Source: Eledone cirrhosa (Eukaryota). From it: DNA of 64,000 nt. The position numbers and the translations under genes were made by a program. Of the stretch, positions 52,515-64,000 are shown piece after piece. Numbering within the stretch: the stretch's first letter is position 1; the number at the start of each line of letters is the position of its first letter. The stretch lies in contig OZ024741.1 of NCBI GenBank assembly GCA_964016885.1, forward strand, positions 263,066,001 through 263,130,000, read 5' to 3'. The notes under the pieces were generated by a model. The model saw only the letters and a program-made list of their open reading frames with translations. It made no database searches and was not told the DNA's origin.

Positions 52515-53019
52515 CTTTCAAGAAAAAAAAATAAGAAGACAAACAAAAACTATAAAAATAAAAGGGAATATATAATTATTATTCATAAAATAAAAGGAAT
52601 TATATAATTATCATTCATTGGTGGTGTTTTTTTTTTTAAATTGGCATTTTGATAACATGATACAAAGTACCCAGTACATACTGTACCATGGTTAGCATTA
52701 GGAAGGGCATCCAGCCATAGAAACCAAGCCAAAATATGAACAAGACATGGTCAACTGACTTGAATTGTTTCATAATGTGACAGTCTGTCTAACATGGAAG
52801 TGTGGAAAAATAGATGTTAAATGGTGATGATGATGATACGATTATATATATATATATATATATTCAGACACACACACATAGTATTTTACTGGCTATATAT
52901 ATCATCATCACTGTTTAATATCCATTTTTCCACACTAGCATGGGTTAGATGAGTTATCTAAATGTGAGCCGAGCCAGAGCAGATGATCATCTCCTGCTCA
53001 CACTGGACCAATTTTGGCT

Positions 53020-53430
53020 TTGTTTCTATAGCTGGATGCACTTCTAATGCCAACAACATTTTCTGTGTAGACTGGGTGCTTCTTGTCATGACACCTATAT
53101 GACCACTTTGCACCGTGGCCTGGGAGCTTTTTGTTGTAACACCAACACAACCACTTTACTGTGTGGGCTGAGTGATGTTTGTCATGACACAAACACAACC
53201 ACTTTACAGTGTAGGCTGGGAATTTTTGTGGTGACTCCAACTCAACCACTTTACTGTTGGGCTGAGTGATTTTTGTCATGACACCAACACAACCACTTTA
53301 CAGTGTAGGCTGGGAGTTTTTGTGGTGACTCCAACACAACCACTTTACTGTGTGGGCTGGGGGATTTTTGTCATGACACCTACACAACCACCTTACAGTG
53401 TGGGCTGGGAGCTGTTTGTCATGTCACCAT
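53020..53430. repeat. About 47-bp tandem repeat derived from an RTE-like 3' UTR motif
   Basis: caaccactttac(a)gtgtgggctg recurs every 47-48 bp and resembles 32500-32540. Confidence 0.6.
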
Positions 53431-53800
53431 GTCCACTTTACAATATATATATATATACTTGGGGAGGGTCATATTGTTGTAATAATATTGCCAGAAATAA
53501 TAACAGAACACACTCACTGTTTGGTTGTTTTCGCTTCTGTATCTTTTATATCTCCATAGTTAATTTATTTGATTGACCAACGGTTAAAAACACAGACATA
53601 AATATATATATATAGTCTATCATAGTTTTATATATACAAGAAAATTATTCTCAGTAATTTCTGCATTTCACCAAATTTAGAACTCAATGTACTTCTCCAT
53701 TCACCATAAAAAGGTAACACATAAAAGGAGAAATTCAGTGAGTTTCTTCTTATTTTGTCAGTTTATATGGAGTTGTAGCTCTCATTTAACGATTATAAAC

Positions 53801-55460
53801 ATCATCATCATCATCATCATTTTACGTCCGCTCTTCCCTGCTCACAAGGGTGGGATGGGTCTTATTCAGCACAGCATCTCTCCACTCGTCACAGTCCTTC
53901 GCCATCTCCACCATGAGCTTCAACAATCTGAGGTCTGTTCTCACCACCTCTGCCTATGTCTTCCTTCAACTGGTATTTCCTGGCACTTCTTCACCCATCG
54001 ATCATCCTCCATGTGCATCACATGCCCATACCACCTCAGTCTCCTCTCCCGTACACTACATTCTATCCCTCTCAGAGACAGTTTCTCTCTCAACACATTC
54101 ATGCTGGGTCGTTCATGCACATTTACACTGCACATCCAACGGAGCATGCTTGCCTCATTTCTCTCCAGCCGTTGCATATCCTCTGCAGTTGCTGCCCATG
54201 TCTCACTACCATGCAGCATCGCGCTCCTCACACAGGCATCATGCAACCGTCCTTTCGTATGCAGGGAGAAACCCTTCTTCGTCAGCAGAGGAAGCAGCTC
54301 CCTAAACTTCTTCCAACCCGTCCTTATTCTAGATACTATGGCCTTGGAACACCCTCCTCCCATGCTAATCTGATCTCCTAGGTAACGGAAGCTATCCACC
54401 ACTTCTATAGCACCCTCCTGCATTTGAAAAATGTGTCTATCAATAAAACTTCTACTGTCTAATTTCCCTGTACATCTACTGCATACATATTTCTCCCTAC
54501 CTGTTAGTTTGCCTGCTATTCCACTACATCTCTTGTGTACCCAGGATCTGCATTGTGTGCATTTTATAGAATTTATGCCAGTTCCTTTTCTGCATATCAA
54601 ACATGGCCATTTCCCTGGCGGAATCAGAGTTTAGTCCTCTTTTCTACTCATCAACACTTTTGTTTTAGCTAGGTTCACTCTCAGTCCTCTTGCTTCCAAC
54701 TGCTGTTTCCATAGCCAGAATTTATTCTCTAGCTCCTCTACTGATTCTGCTATAAGAACCAGATCGTCAGCATAGAGAAGTTCCCATGGACAGCCAGTCT
54801 TAAACTCCTCTGTTATGGCTTGGAGGACTATAATGAACAAGAGCAGGCTGAGGACTGAACCCTGATGTACTCCTACTTGTATCTGGAAATTCCTCACTAA
54901 ACTCCATTCCTACCCTGACTTTACTGACAGTACCTCTGTACAAAGTTTGCACTGTCCTCACAGGCCATTCCTCAACACCTAGTTTCCTTAGGGACCACCA
55001 GATGACAGATCAGGGTACCCTATCAAAGGCCTTCTCTAGGTCAACAAAGGCTAAGTATAGTGGCTTATTTTTCTCTAAGAACCTCTCTTGCAATTGTCTC
55101 ACCAAGAAGAGGGCATCTGTTGTACTCTTCCCAGGCACAAAACCAAACTGCATCTCATCTAGTTTGACCCTTTCTCTAATTAGTTGTGCTAATATCCTTT
55201 CTGCCACTTTCATAACCTGATCCATCAGTTTTATACCCCTATAATTGCTCCTCTCCAGAGCATCCTCTTTACCTTTGTAGCAATTTATGAGAATACTGCT
55301 GCACCAGTCTTTGGGTATGACACCACTATATATAGCCTGATTGATGATGCATGCAACCAGTTTAGTGCCTACGTCCCCTGATGCCTTCAGCATCTCAGCA
55401 ACTATTCCCGATGGTCCAGCAGCCTTACCATTTTTCATTTCCTTAATCGCCTCTTGGACC
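53801..55460 (-). mobile_element. Diverged RTE LINE subfamily, truncated and frameshifted
   Basis: ORFs 55010-55438, 54631-54897 (YADD) and 53941-54600; (GAT)n tail. Confidence 0.88.
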
Positions 55461-55909
55461 CTATAAGTCCATAAATATTGGGTAGAAGCATAATAAGAAT
55501 AAATGAGCTAAAACTTCATCTATTTGTATTCTTATTATATATATGTATGTATAAATATGTGCATGAAGTGCAGGAGATATGCAAGGGTTGAAGAAAAATG
55601 AAGCAGGCATACTTTAATGGATGTATGATGTTAATATGCATGAAGAGCAAAGCATGGGCAGCTTAGAGATTGCAGTGTGTAAAAGAGAAGTCTGCTGATA
55701 TGGTTATGTGGTGCATATGGAGGATGGTAATTGGGTGAAGAGGTGCCAGATAATGTTAGAGGTAAAAAGCTGCAGTAGAGGAAGGCCAAGAAAAACCAGG
55801 GCTGAAGTGGTTGACTAAATCAAGGTGCTAACTCCAGCATGGCCACAGTCTAATGATTGAAACCAGTGAAAGAATAAAAGAAGGCTAGCAGATATCTTAA
55901 TGAATTTAC

Positions 55910-56070
55910 CTTCCAAAAAAATCAGCCCAGACACCAGCACAAAGCCCACCGATCATACCTCCAATAGCAAAGATTGACATTATCAAAGACCAGTAACTCT
56001 CCAAATGTGAACGTTTGATTGGTTCACCAGAACGGTTTAGAATTGTAGAATTGATGAAATCCTTCACAAT
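55910..56070 (-). CDS. SLC2A1-like: GLUT exon (exoloop 1-TM2): IVKDFINSTILNRSGEPIKRSHLESYWSLIMSIFAIGGMIGGLCAGVWADFFG(R)
   Basis: tcttgtag acceptor and gtaaat donor; 161 nt, phase 0/2; N-glycosylation sequons and IF..GGMIG motif. Not in the ORF track. Confidence 0.93.
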
Positions 56071-56147
56071 CTACAAGAAAAGACAAATAGATTCCTACAG
56101 TTAAGGTGTTTTGTTTTTAAAAAGTAACATATATATATATATATATA

Positions 56148-56992
56148 CAGGGTGCGGACGATATTTTTTAAGATATATTTATCAAACTTGGGTCAGTTTA
56201 TTTTCATGACTTGTTCTTTCAATCTCACTTGATAAACTTGCCATTGGCTTTGATGACGGCCTCAAGGCAGCCTCGGAACCGTCTACAGGCCTTCGTCACT
56301 GTCCCCCGACTTAGGCCCATAAAGGCACTTGTGATCCTGGCCTTCAGATCGTCTTTCGTATTGCAACTAGATCTGTTGGTGTCTCATTCCACTGCGCCCC
56401 ACACAAAGAAGTTGAGGGGGTTGCAGTCAGGCGAGCTGGGAGGCCAGATGTCAGGTGAAGTGTGATCGACGAAGTTCTCTGACAGCCAGGCTTGGGTCTA
56501 TCGGCTGGTATGGCAGGGCGCTGAGTCTTGCTGCCACACGTACGGCCTACTTGCAGCTACTTGGTCAATCCAGGGCTTTACTACCTCACTCAGAACGCGG
56601 ATGTAGCCATCGGTGTTCAGCTTGAGGCCCTCAGGGAAGAAGTGAGGTGGCATGACGTCACCTTGACTGCTGACGACACCTAAGACCAATGTTGTTGCTG
56701 GAAACTTTGTCTGCATGACTCTGGGCACGTCTTTGGATGAGACAGCGAGCCACCTGTTGTTCTGGGAGTTGATCTTCTGGTCTTATTTGTCCTCCCGGCG
56801 CGGATTCCAAGAAGAACTCTGTGTCTCTTCCACAAATTTGGAGGGTCAAAATTATTCATAATCAATTATTCTGAAAATAAATAATGGAAATATAGTCACT
56901 GTTTTTATGAAGACAAGAGTGACAACGGAAGTAAAAAAAATGTGCATAAAATTAGCAGTTGAAAATTGCGAACAAATATCGTCCACACCCTG
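56148..56992 (-). mobile_element. Internally deleted Tc1/mariner DD37D (maT-like) transposon
   Basis: TIRs CAGGGTGCGGACGATATTT and AAATATCGTCCACACCCTG with a TA TSD. The transposase remnant reads WQQDSAPCHTS..WPPSSPDCNPLN with 37-residue spacing and internal stops. Confidence 0.88.
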
Positions 56993-57085
56993 TACATACA
57001 TGGACGTAAAAAGAATGATGATGATGATATATACATGTATACATACATCTATATATACATACAGGAATATATATCAAGTTTATTA

Positions 57086-57146
57086 TAGAAATGGCTTCTA
57101 CAGGACTAGAAGTGTTTCGTTCAAAAGAAATCATCAGGAAAGCCAT
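57086..57146 (-). ncRNA. Degenerate hammerhead-like motif (same family as 30921-31088)
   Basis: ATGGCTTTC-CTGATGA-tTTC tttt GAAc-GAAA-CA..TG-TA-GAAGCCAT. Confidence 0.5.
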
Positions 57147-57159
57147 ATATATATATATA

Positions 57160-57625
57160 ATATTATTCAAAATATTAACAAACGAAAGATATTCACATAA
57201 TCAAAATATATACTTTATTATATATATTTCAAAGGTACTGTGTTGTTTTTTTTCAGTACATCTTCATCAGATAAAACATATGATTTGATATATGACATAC
57301 CGCTAAGGTCTTTATTATACAATTCCAGTATTTGCAGTCAGTATTGGCAATACTGGAATTGTATAATCAATTGTATAATCAAGACCGTAGCGGTATGTCA
57401 TATATCAAATCATATATTTTATCTGATGAAGACGTACTGAAAAAAAACAACACAGTACCTTTGAAATATATATAATAAAGCATATATTTTGATTATGTGA
57501 ATATCTTTCATTTGTTAATATTTTGAATATTAAAAACTCCAGGAAAACTTTTCTGTTGAGTGATTTTAATCTATTGTAAAATTGTATTCATTGAGTAATC
57601 AACGAACCATATTAATCTTTGGTTT
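57160..57625. mobile_element. AT-rich fold-back element with hammerheads at 57214-57276 (-) and 57417-57479 (+)
   Basis: Homologous to 31759-32224; TTTTAT-CTGATGA-AGACGTACTG..CAGTACCTTT-GAAA-TATATA-TA-ATAAA. Confidence 0.8.
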
Positions 57626-57658
<33 letters not shown>

Positions 57659-57722
57659 TGAGGGTGAGAGAAAGGTGATTAAAAAAGGGGGAGATAAATG
57701 TGTTTGAAGAGAGTTGACTTAC

Positions 57723-57818
57723 AGTTTCTGGAGAATTCATGACGCCACTGCTGTAACCAAAGATGAAGGAACCAAAAGCTGCTGCTATTATTGCCAAAAT
57801 TAATCTAGCTGTCACAGA
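57723..57818 (-). CDS. SLC2A1-like: GLUT exon (TM1): SVTARLILAIIAAAFGSFIFGYSSGVMNSPET
   Basis: tatttcag acceptor and gtaagt donor; 96 nt, phase 0/0; FGY..GV.N.P motif. Confidence 0.92.
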
Positions 57819-58283
57819 CTGAAATATAGAGATAGAGTGTGAGTGGGGGTTGGAGTTAGAGACAAATAGTGCAAGACATTTTCTCTAACTGTCACATGAT
57901 GGTGTTTGAAACATAAAACTCAATAAAAAATCTTACATTAAATTCTAATGGAAGATTTTAATGTAGCTAGGAAACACTTTAAAATGTAGGTGTTTGTATG
58001 AGAGCCAGAGGTTATCTCAGGTGAATTTGGTCTCAGAAGGGTTAACCCTTCACATTACTCTATATATACTATTATATTTTCATGGTAAAGGCTTTACCTC
58101 ACATAATATCTCACATATTATCGAATCTATGAGATTTTGAAAGTATTTATTTTGAGAACAATACCTTAACATCAGTTTGAGCGACCAGTTACAGCCAGTT
58201 TCAACAGAAAGGGGTAAAGAATTCTGGCCGGTTTTGGCCGGTTTGAACATTAAAGAGTTAATGAATTCATTCTTAACCATTAC

Positions 58284-58313
58284 ATACTGTCTCTCTTGAG
58301 TCCAGAAGTTCAT
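58284..58313 (-). CDS. Candidate first coding segment of the GLUT gene (MNFWTQERQY)
   Basis: Acceptor-like ttttctctctcttaaag at 58343, ATG at 58313 and a weak phase-0 donor gtaatg. No homology support. Confidence 0.2.
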
Positions 58314-58689
58314 TATCTCGGAGGTTATCTCTTATTCATTGACTTTAAGAGAGAGAAAACTAGATTTTTTCCACCTGGACAAGATACCAGTCCTTTGTGG
58401 TATTACTCCCACCTGTTACTACTGGTATTCATTTTCAGCTGAGGTGACTGAAGCAGCATGAAATGTAATGTTTTATTCAAGAATGAAACAGGTCAACAAG
58501 TCTAGCAATTGGAACCTTGACCTCACGTTTGAGAGACAGATACCATAATATTACATTGGTGAGTCCGTTAACCACAAGACACAAACCATGATATTTTATT
58601 TGTGAGTCAGTTAACCACAAGACAGATACCATGACATTACATTTGTAAGTTCATTAATCACTAGACACAAAGTCTAAGTCTATAAGTCT

Positions 58690-58955
58690 AAAGTCTGTCT
58701 CAAGCCCGGAGGCTTGTCAGGTTTCATGGCATTAAGCGACTGAGAATACAAGACTTCCCCTGGACAGGACACCAGTCCATCGCAAAGTTAAACCCCTAGC
58801 TATTGCTGGTACTCATTTTCAGCTGAGTATACTGGAGCAACGTGAACTGAAGTGTTTTGCTCAAGAAAACAACATACAACCCAGTCATGGAATCAAACCT
58901 ATGACATTATGATTGTAAGTCCAACACCTTTACCACTAGGCCAAGCACCTCCAAC
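58690..58955 (-). mobile_element. tRNA-derived SINE-like element (older copy at about 58370-58540)
   Basis: ctggtactcattttcagctgag..gaagtgttttgctcaagaaaacaac core is duplicated in degenerate form upstream. Confidence 0.5.
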
Positions 58956-59057
58956 CCAAGACACAAACCATGACATTTCATATGTCAGTCCATTAACCAC
59001 TAGACACAAACCTTCACTAATGATATACCCACTTACAATGGTACAACTACAATAGTA

Positions 59058-61590
59058 TTATATAACAGTACTTCTATAGGAGTACTACTATAACAGTACT
59101 ACTATAACAGTACTACAATAACAGTACTACAATAGCAGTACTACTATAACAGTACTACTATAACAGTACTACTATAACAGTACTACTATAACAGTACTAC
59201 TATAACGGTACTACTATAACAGTACTATATAACAGTACTACTATAACAGTACTACTATAACAGTGCTACTATAACAGTACTACTATAACAGTACTACTAT
59301 AACAGTACTGCTATAACAGTATTACTATAACAGTATTACTATAACAGTACTACTATAACAGTACTACTATAATAGTACTACTATAACAGTACTACAATAA
59401 CAGTACTATATAACAGTACTATATAACAGTACTACTATAACAGTACTGCTATAACAGTGCTACTATAACAGTACTGCTATAACAGTATTACTATAACAGT
59501 ACTACTATAACAGTACTACTATAACAGTACTACTATAACAGTACTACTATAACAGTACTACAATAACAGTACTACAATAACAGTGCTACTATAACAGTAC
59601 TACTGTAACAGTACTACTATAACAGTACTACAATAACAGTACTATATAACAGTACTATATAACAGTACTATATAACAGTACTACTATAACAGTACTACTA
59701 TAACAGTGCTACTATAACAGTACTACTATAACAGTGCTACTATAACAGTACTGCTATAACAGTATTACTATAACAGTACTACTATAACAGTGCTACTATA
59801 ACAGAACTATATAACAGTACTACTATAACAGAACTATATAACAGTACTACAATAACAGTACTACTATAACAGTACTACTATAACAGTACTACTATAACAG
59901 TACTACTATAACAGTGCTACTATAACAGTACTGCTATAACAGTATTACTATAACAGTACTACTATAACAGTACTACTATAATAGTACTACTATAACAGTA
60001 CTACTATAACAGTACTACAATAACAGTACTACTATAACAGTGCTACTATAACAGTACTACTATAACAGAACTACTATAACAGTACTACTATAACAGTACT
60101 ACTATAACAGTACTACTATAACAGAACTACTATAATAGTACTACTATAACAGAACTACTATAACAGAACTACTATAACAGTACTACTATAACAGTACTAC
60201 TATAACAGTACTACTATAACAGTGCTACTATAACAGTACTACTATAACAGTACTACTATAACAGTACTACTATAACAGTACTACTATAACAGTACTACTA
60301 TAACAGTATTACTATAACAGTACTACTATAATAGTACTACTATAACAGTACTACTATAACACTACTACTATAATAGTACTACGATAACAGTACTATATAA
60401 CAGTACTACTATAATAGTACTACTATAACAGTACTACTGTAACAGTACTACTGTAACAGTACTACTGTAACAGTACTACTATAACAGTACTACTGTAACA
60501 GTACTATATAACGGTACTACTATAACAGTACTACTATAACAGTACTATATAACAGTACTACTATAACAGTACTACTATAACAGTACTATATAACAGTACT
60601 ACTATAACAGTACTACTATAACAGTACTACTATAACAGCACTACTATAACAGTACTACTATAACAGTACTACTATAACAGTGCTATTATAACTACTATAT
60701 AACAGTACTATATAACAGTACTACTATAACAGTACTATATAACAGTACTACTATAACAGTACTACTATAACAGTACTACTATAACAGTGCTATTATAACT
60801 ACTATATAACTGTTTCTACTTTAGGCACAAGGCCAGCAATTACCCAGTGCATTACTGGTACTTTATTTTATCGACCACGTAAGGATGAAAGGCAAAGTCA
60901 ACCTCGGCGGAATTTGAACTCAGATCGTAAAGGGACGTAACTATGGTGGAAAGCATACTGCCAATCCACTGCCCTACTATATAACAGTACTATATAACAG
61001 TACTACTATAACAGTACTACTATAACAGTACTACTATAACAATACTACTATAACAGTGCTACTATAACAGTACTACTATAACAGTACTACTATAATAGTA
61101 CTACTAAAACAGTACTACTATAACAGTACTACTGTAACAGTACTACTATAACAGTACTATATAACAGTACTATATAATAGTACTACTATAACAGTACTAC
61201 TATAACAGTACTACTATAACAGTACTACTATAACAGTACTACTATAACAGTAATTACCATAACAGTGCTACTATAACAGTACTACTATAACAGTACTACT
61301 ATAACAGTACTACTATAATAGTACTACTAAAACAGTACTACTATAACAGTACTACTATAACAGTACTACTGTAACAGTACTACTATAACAGTACTATATA
61401 ACAGTACTATGTAACAGTACTACTATAACAGTACTACTATAACACTACTATACAAAGGTACTACTATAACAGTACTACTATAACAGTACTACTATAACAC
61501 TACTATACAAAGGTACTACTATAACAGTACTACTATAATAGTACTACTACAAAAGTCATACTATAACAATACTACTTTAGTAGTGCTACT
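59058..61590. repeat. 14-bp minisatellite (ATAACAGTACTACT)
   Basis: About 2.4-kb tandem array with 12-nt variants, interrupted by a SINE. Confidence 0.95.
60811..60973 (-). mobile_element. Octopus-type SINE inserted in the 14-bp array
   Basis: Same family as 34420-34590; flanked by the duplicated ctactatataac. Confidence 0.8.
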
Positions 61591-61957
61591 ATATGAACTA
61601 CTACTGGAAGGATGAAAGGTAAAATTTGACTACAGCTAGTTCTAAACTCAAAAGCACAAAGAGTCATAATAATTAGCACAAGAAATATTGTTAGATGCTC
61701 TGCCGCCTCTGTTAATATCCGGTTCTATCCACTTGCTCATTAGACATCTCCCAGTTCATGTCAAGAAGTCAAATATTCTGCCATGTCTCCTTGTCTCAAC
61801 AAATATAATGAAGAAAGCTAACAAGAGACAGCTGCTAATAAGACAAACCACGATGTACACACATATGCACATATATATATATGTATATGTACACACACAC
61901 ACACACATATATATATATATGTGTACACATACACATATATATATATACATATATATT

Positions 61958-62010
<53 letters not shown>

Positions 62011-62418
62011 ATGTACACATACATACACATATATATATATATATATACATATATACATATACATATATACATATACATATCATCATCATCATCTTCGTAT
62101 GTATGTGTAGATATATATATCTACACATACATACACATATATATTTATATATATATATATGTACACATACATACACATATATATATACATATATATTTAT
62201 ATATATGTACACATACATACACATATATATAAATGTATATATATATATATATACATGTACACATACACATATGTACATATACACATACACATATATATAT
62301 GTACACACATATATGTATGTATGTACACGTACACGTACACACATACATATATGTGTAGTTGGATGTGTCTATGTGTGTGTGTATATGTACACACATGATG
62401 TACCAATGGCTGAGAGTG

Positions 62419-62456
<38 letters not shown>

Positions 62457-62820
62457 TATGTGTGTGTATGTGTGTATATGTGTGTGTGTCTGTACACACA
62501 CATGCACATACACACATCACACACATACATGACATACCAAGAGGGCCAACAAATATATATATGTGTGTGTGTGTATATATATATACACACACACAGACAT
62601 ATGTATGTTTTCATACCCACACATACATTTTGCATACCACTGGCCCAGAGTGACAATGAATATATATATATGTATACGCGACCGACAAAGCATAAACGAA
62701 TTGAGAGAGAGACTGAGCATAAGAGGAATCAAATGCTGTGTGCAGGAGAGCTTCCAACAGTAATGGTCGCATTCTTTAAGGGTATGTCAATATTTATTTA
62801 TAAAACTGATCTATATTATA

Positions 62821-62881
62821 TTTTATCTGATGAAAGCACACCATAATTTAACTTGGTGTCCTTGAAATATGTATAATGAAA
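62821..62881 (+). ncRNA. Hammerhead ribozyme motif (single-arm relative of the 47069 element)
   Basis: TTTTAT-CTGATGA-AAGCACACCA..TGGTGTCCTT-GAAA-TATGTA-TA-ATGAAA, with the same flanks (taaatatgg..ttataaatatagtttccattt). Confidence 0.7.
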
Positions 62882-62923
62882 TAAATATGGTTTTATAAAT
62901 ATAGTTTCCATTTGTTAATATCG

Positions 62924-62961
<38 letters not shown>

Positions 62962-63041
62962 ATGAGTGTATATATATATAACTTTGATAGGTTTTGGCCA
63001 GTATTGGCCCAAGCCACGTCTAACTTAATAGCACCACCTGG

Positions 63042-63085
<44 letters not shown>

Positions 63086-63087
<2 letters not shown>

Positions 63088-64000
63088 AATCCACGGAGGC
63101 TATGGGTTTGGTACTAGAAATGAGGAAGGCTCCAGAATCCTGGAATTCTGTGATGCAAATAACCTAACTATCTGTAACACTAACTTCAAAAAACGAGACA
63201 ATCACTTGATCACCTACAGATCAGGGGAACATACCAGCCAGGTAGATTATATCCTTACCAGAAGACGTGACAGAGTGTCTGTTGTAAACACTAAATCCCT
63301 CCCCCATGAAGAATGCACCTCCCAACATAGACTCATAGTTAGTGACCTCATAGTCAGGACGAGACGTACTCGACAGCAGAAGAGGACTATCCTCAGGAGA
63401 AAAATATGGAAGCTAAAGGACCCCACAGCAAGAAATAAATTTAAAAGCATATTACTTGATGCTTTCGACAGTAAGGAAGAGCAATTAGAGTCGTACAATA
63501 TAGAGGAACAGTGGGAATTCCTGAAAGCAAACCTGCTGATGGCGGCAGACGAAGTCTGTGGCTGGAGCAGGCCTGTAGGCAGGAGGAGAGTAACATGGTG
63601 GTGGAACAGTAAGGTGGAGGAGTCAATTAAGGCCAAAAAGCAGGCTTGGAAAGTATGGCGGGATGGGGGGAGTAGAGAAGACTATCAAGTGGCCAGGAGG
63701 GAAGCTAGGAGACAAGTGTACTTCGCAAGAAGGGAAGCAGAGGAAAGAAAGTTTAAGCATGTTCTACAACGCGAGGACCAAAAACGTGAGGTGTTCAGGA
63801 TTGCTAGGCAATGTGTCAAGGAAAACCGTGATATTGTCGGGGAGAAGTGTGTACTTAATGATGATGGCGTACTTGCCATCACTGACGCTGATAAGAAGGT
63901 AGCTTGGAAGTGTCACTACGAAAGGCTACTAAATGAGGAGAATAAATGGGAGAAAGACAGTCTACCCCACATCGACCCAATAGAGGGACCAGCAGTGTTA
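63086..64000 (+). mobile_element. RTE LINE (APE endonuclease C-terminus onward), continues past the window
   Basis: Open frame GIHGGYGFGTRNEEG..NTNF..TY..SQVDYIL..SQHRL; 63711-64000 is near-identical to 47560-47849. Confidence 0.88.

Noticed and set aside
61688-62846. YI/HT-rich ORFs (also 39092-39603)
   Set aside because: They are translations of (TA)n/(CA)n microsatellites.

Overview
Eukaryotic, repeat-rich animal DNA, most likely an octopod cephalopod (inferred from an Octopus-type SINE, dense (TA)n tracts and the RTE/Penelope content). Bases 1-19.1 kb are a CpG-rich 16-bp satellite with kb-scale higher-order repeats. It abuts a 33-42-bp satellite whose orientation flips across a 200-N scaffold gap. 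From 25.2 to 57.8 kb on the minus strand lie eight phase-consistent exons of a class I GLUT/SLC2A sugar transporter (TM1-TM9); the 3' exons are not in the window. Its introns hold RTE LINEs, three Penelope-like retroelement (PLE) families (including a near-intact Naiad-type element), a deleted DD37D mariner, MITEs, SINEs and minisatellites. The most striking unannotated signal is a cluster of about 15 minimal type I hammerhead ribozyme motifs from several families, including AT-rich fold-back elements carrying one hammerhead on each strand. Tandem repeats that multiply the GLUT splice junctions, and an Asn-to-Leu change at the GLUT1 N288-equivalent sugar-binding site, also stand out. All calls are by eye; no searches or folding programs were run.
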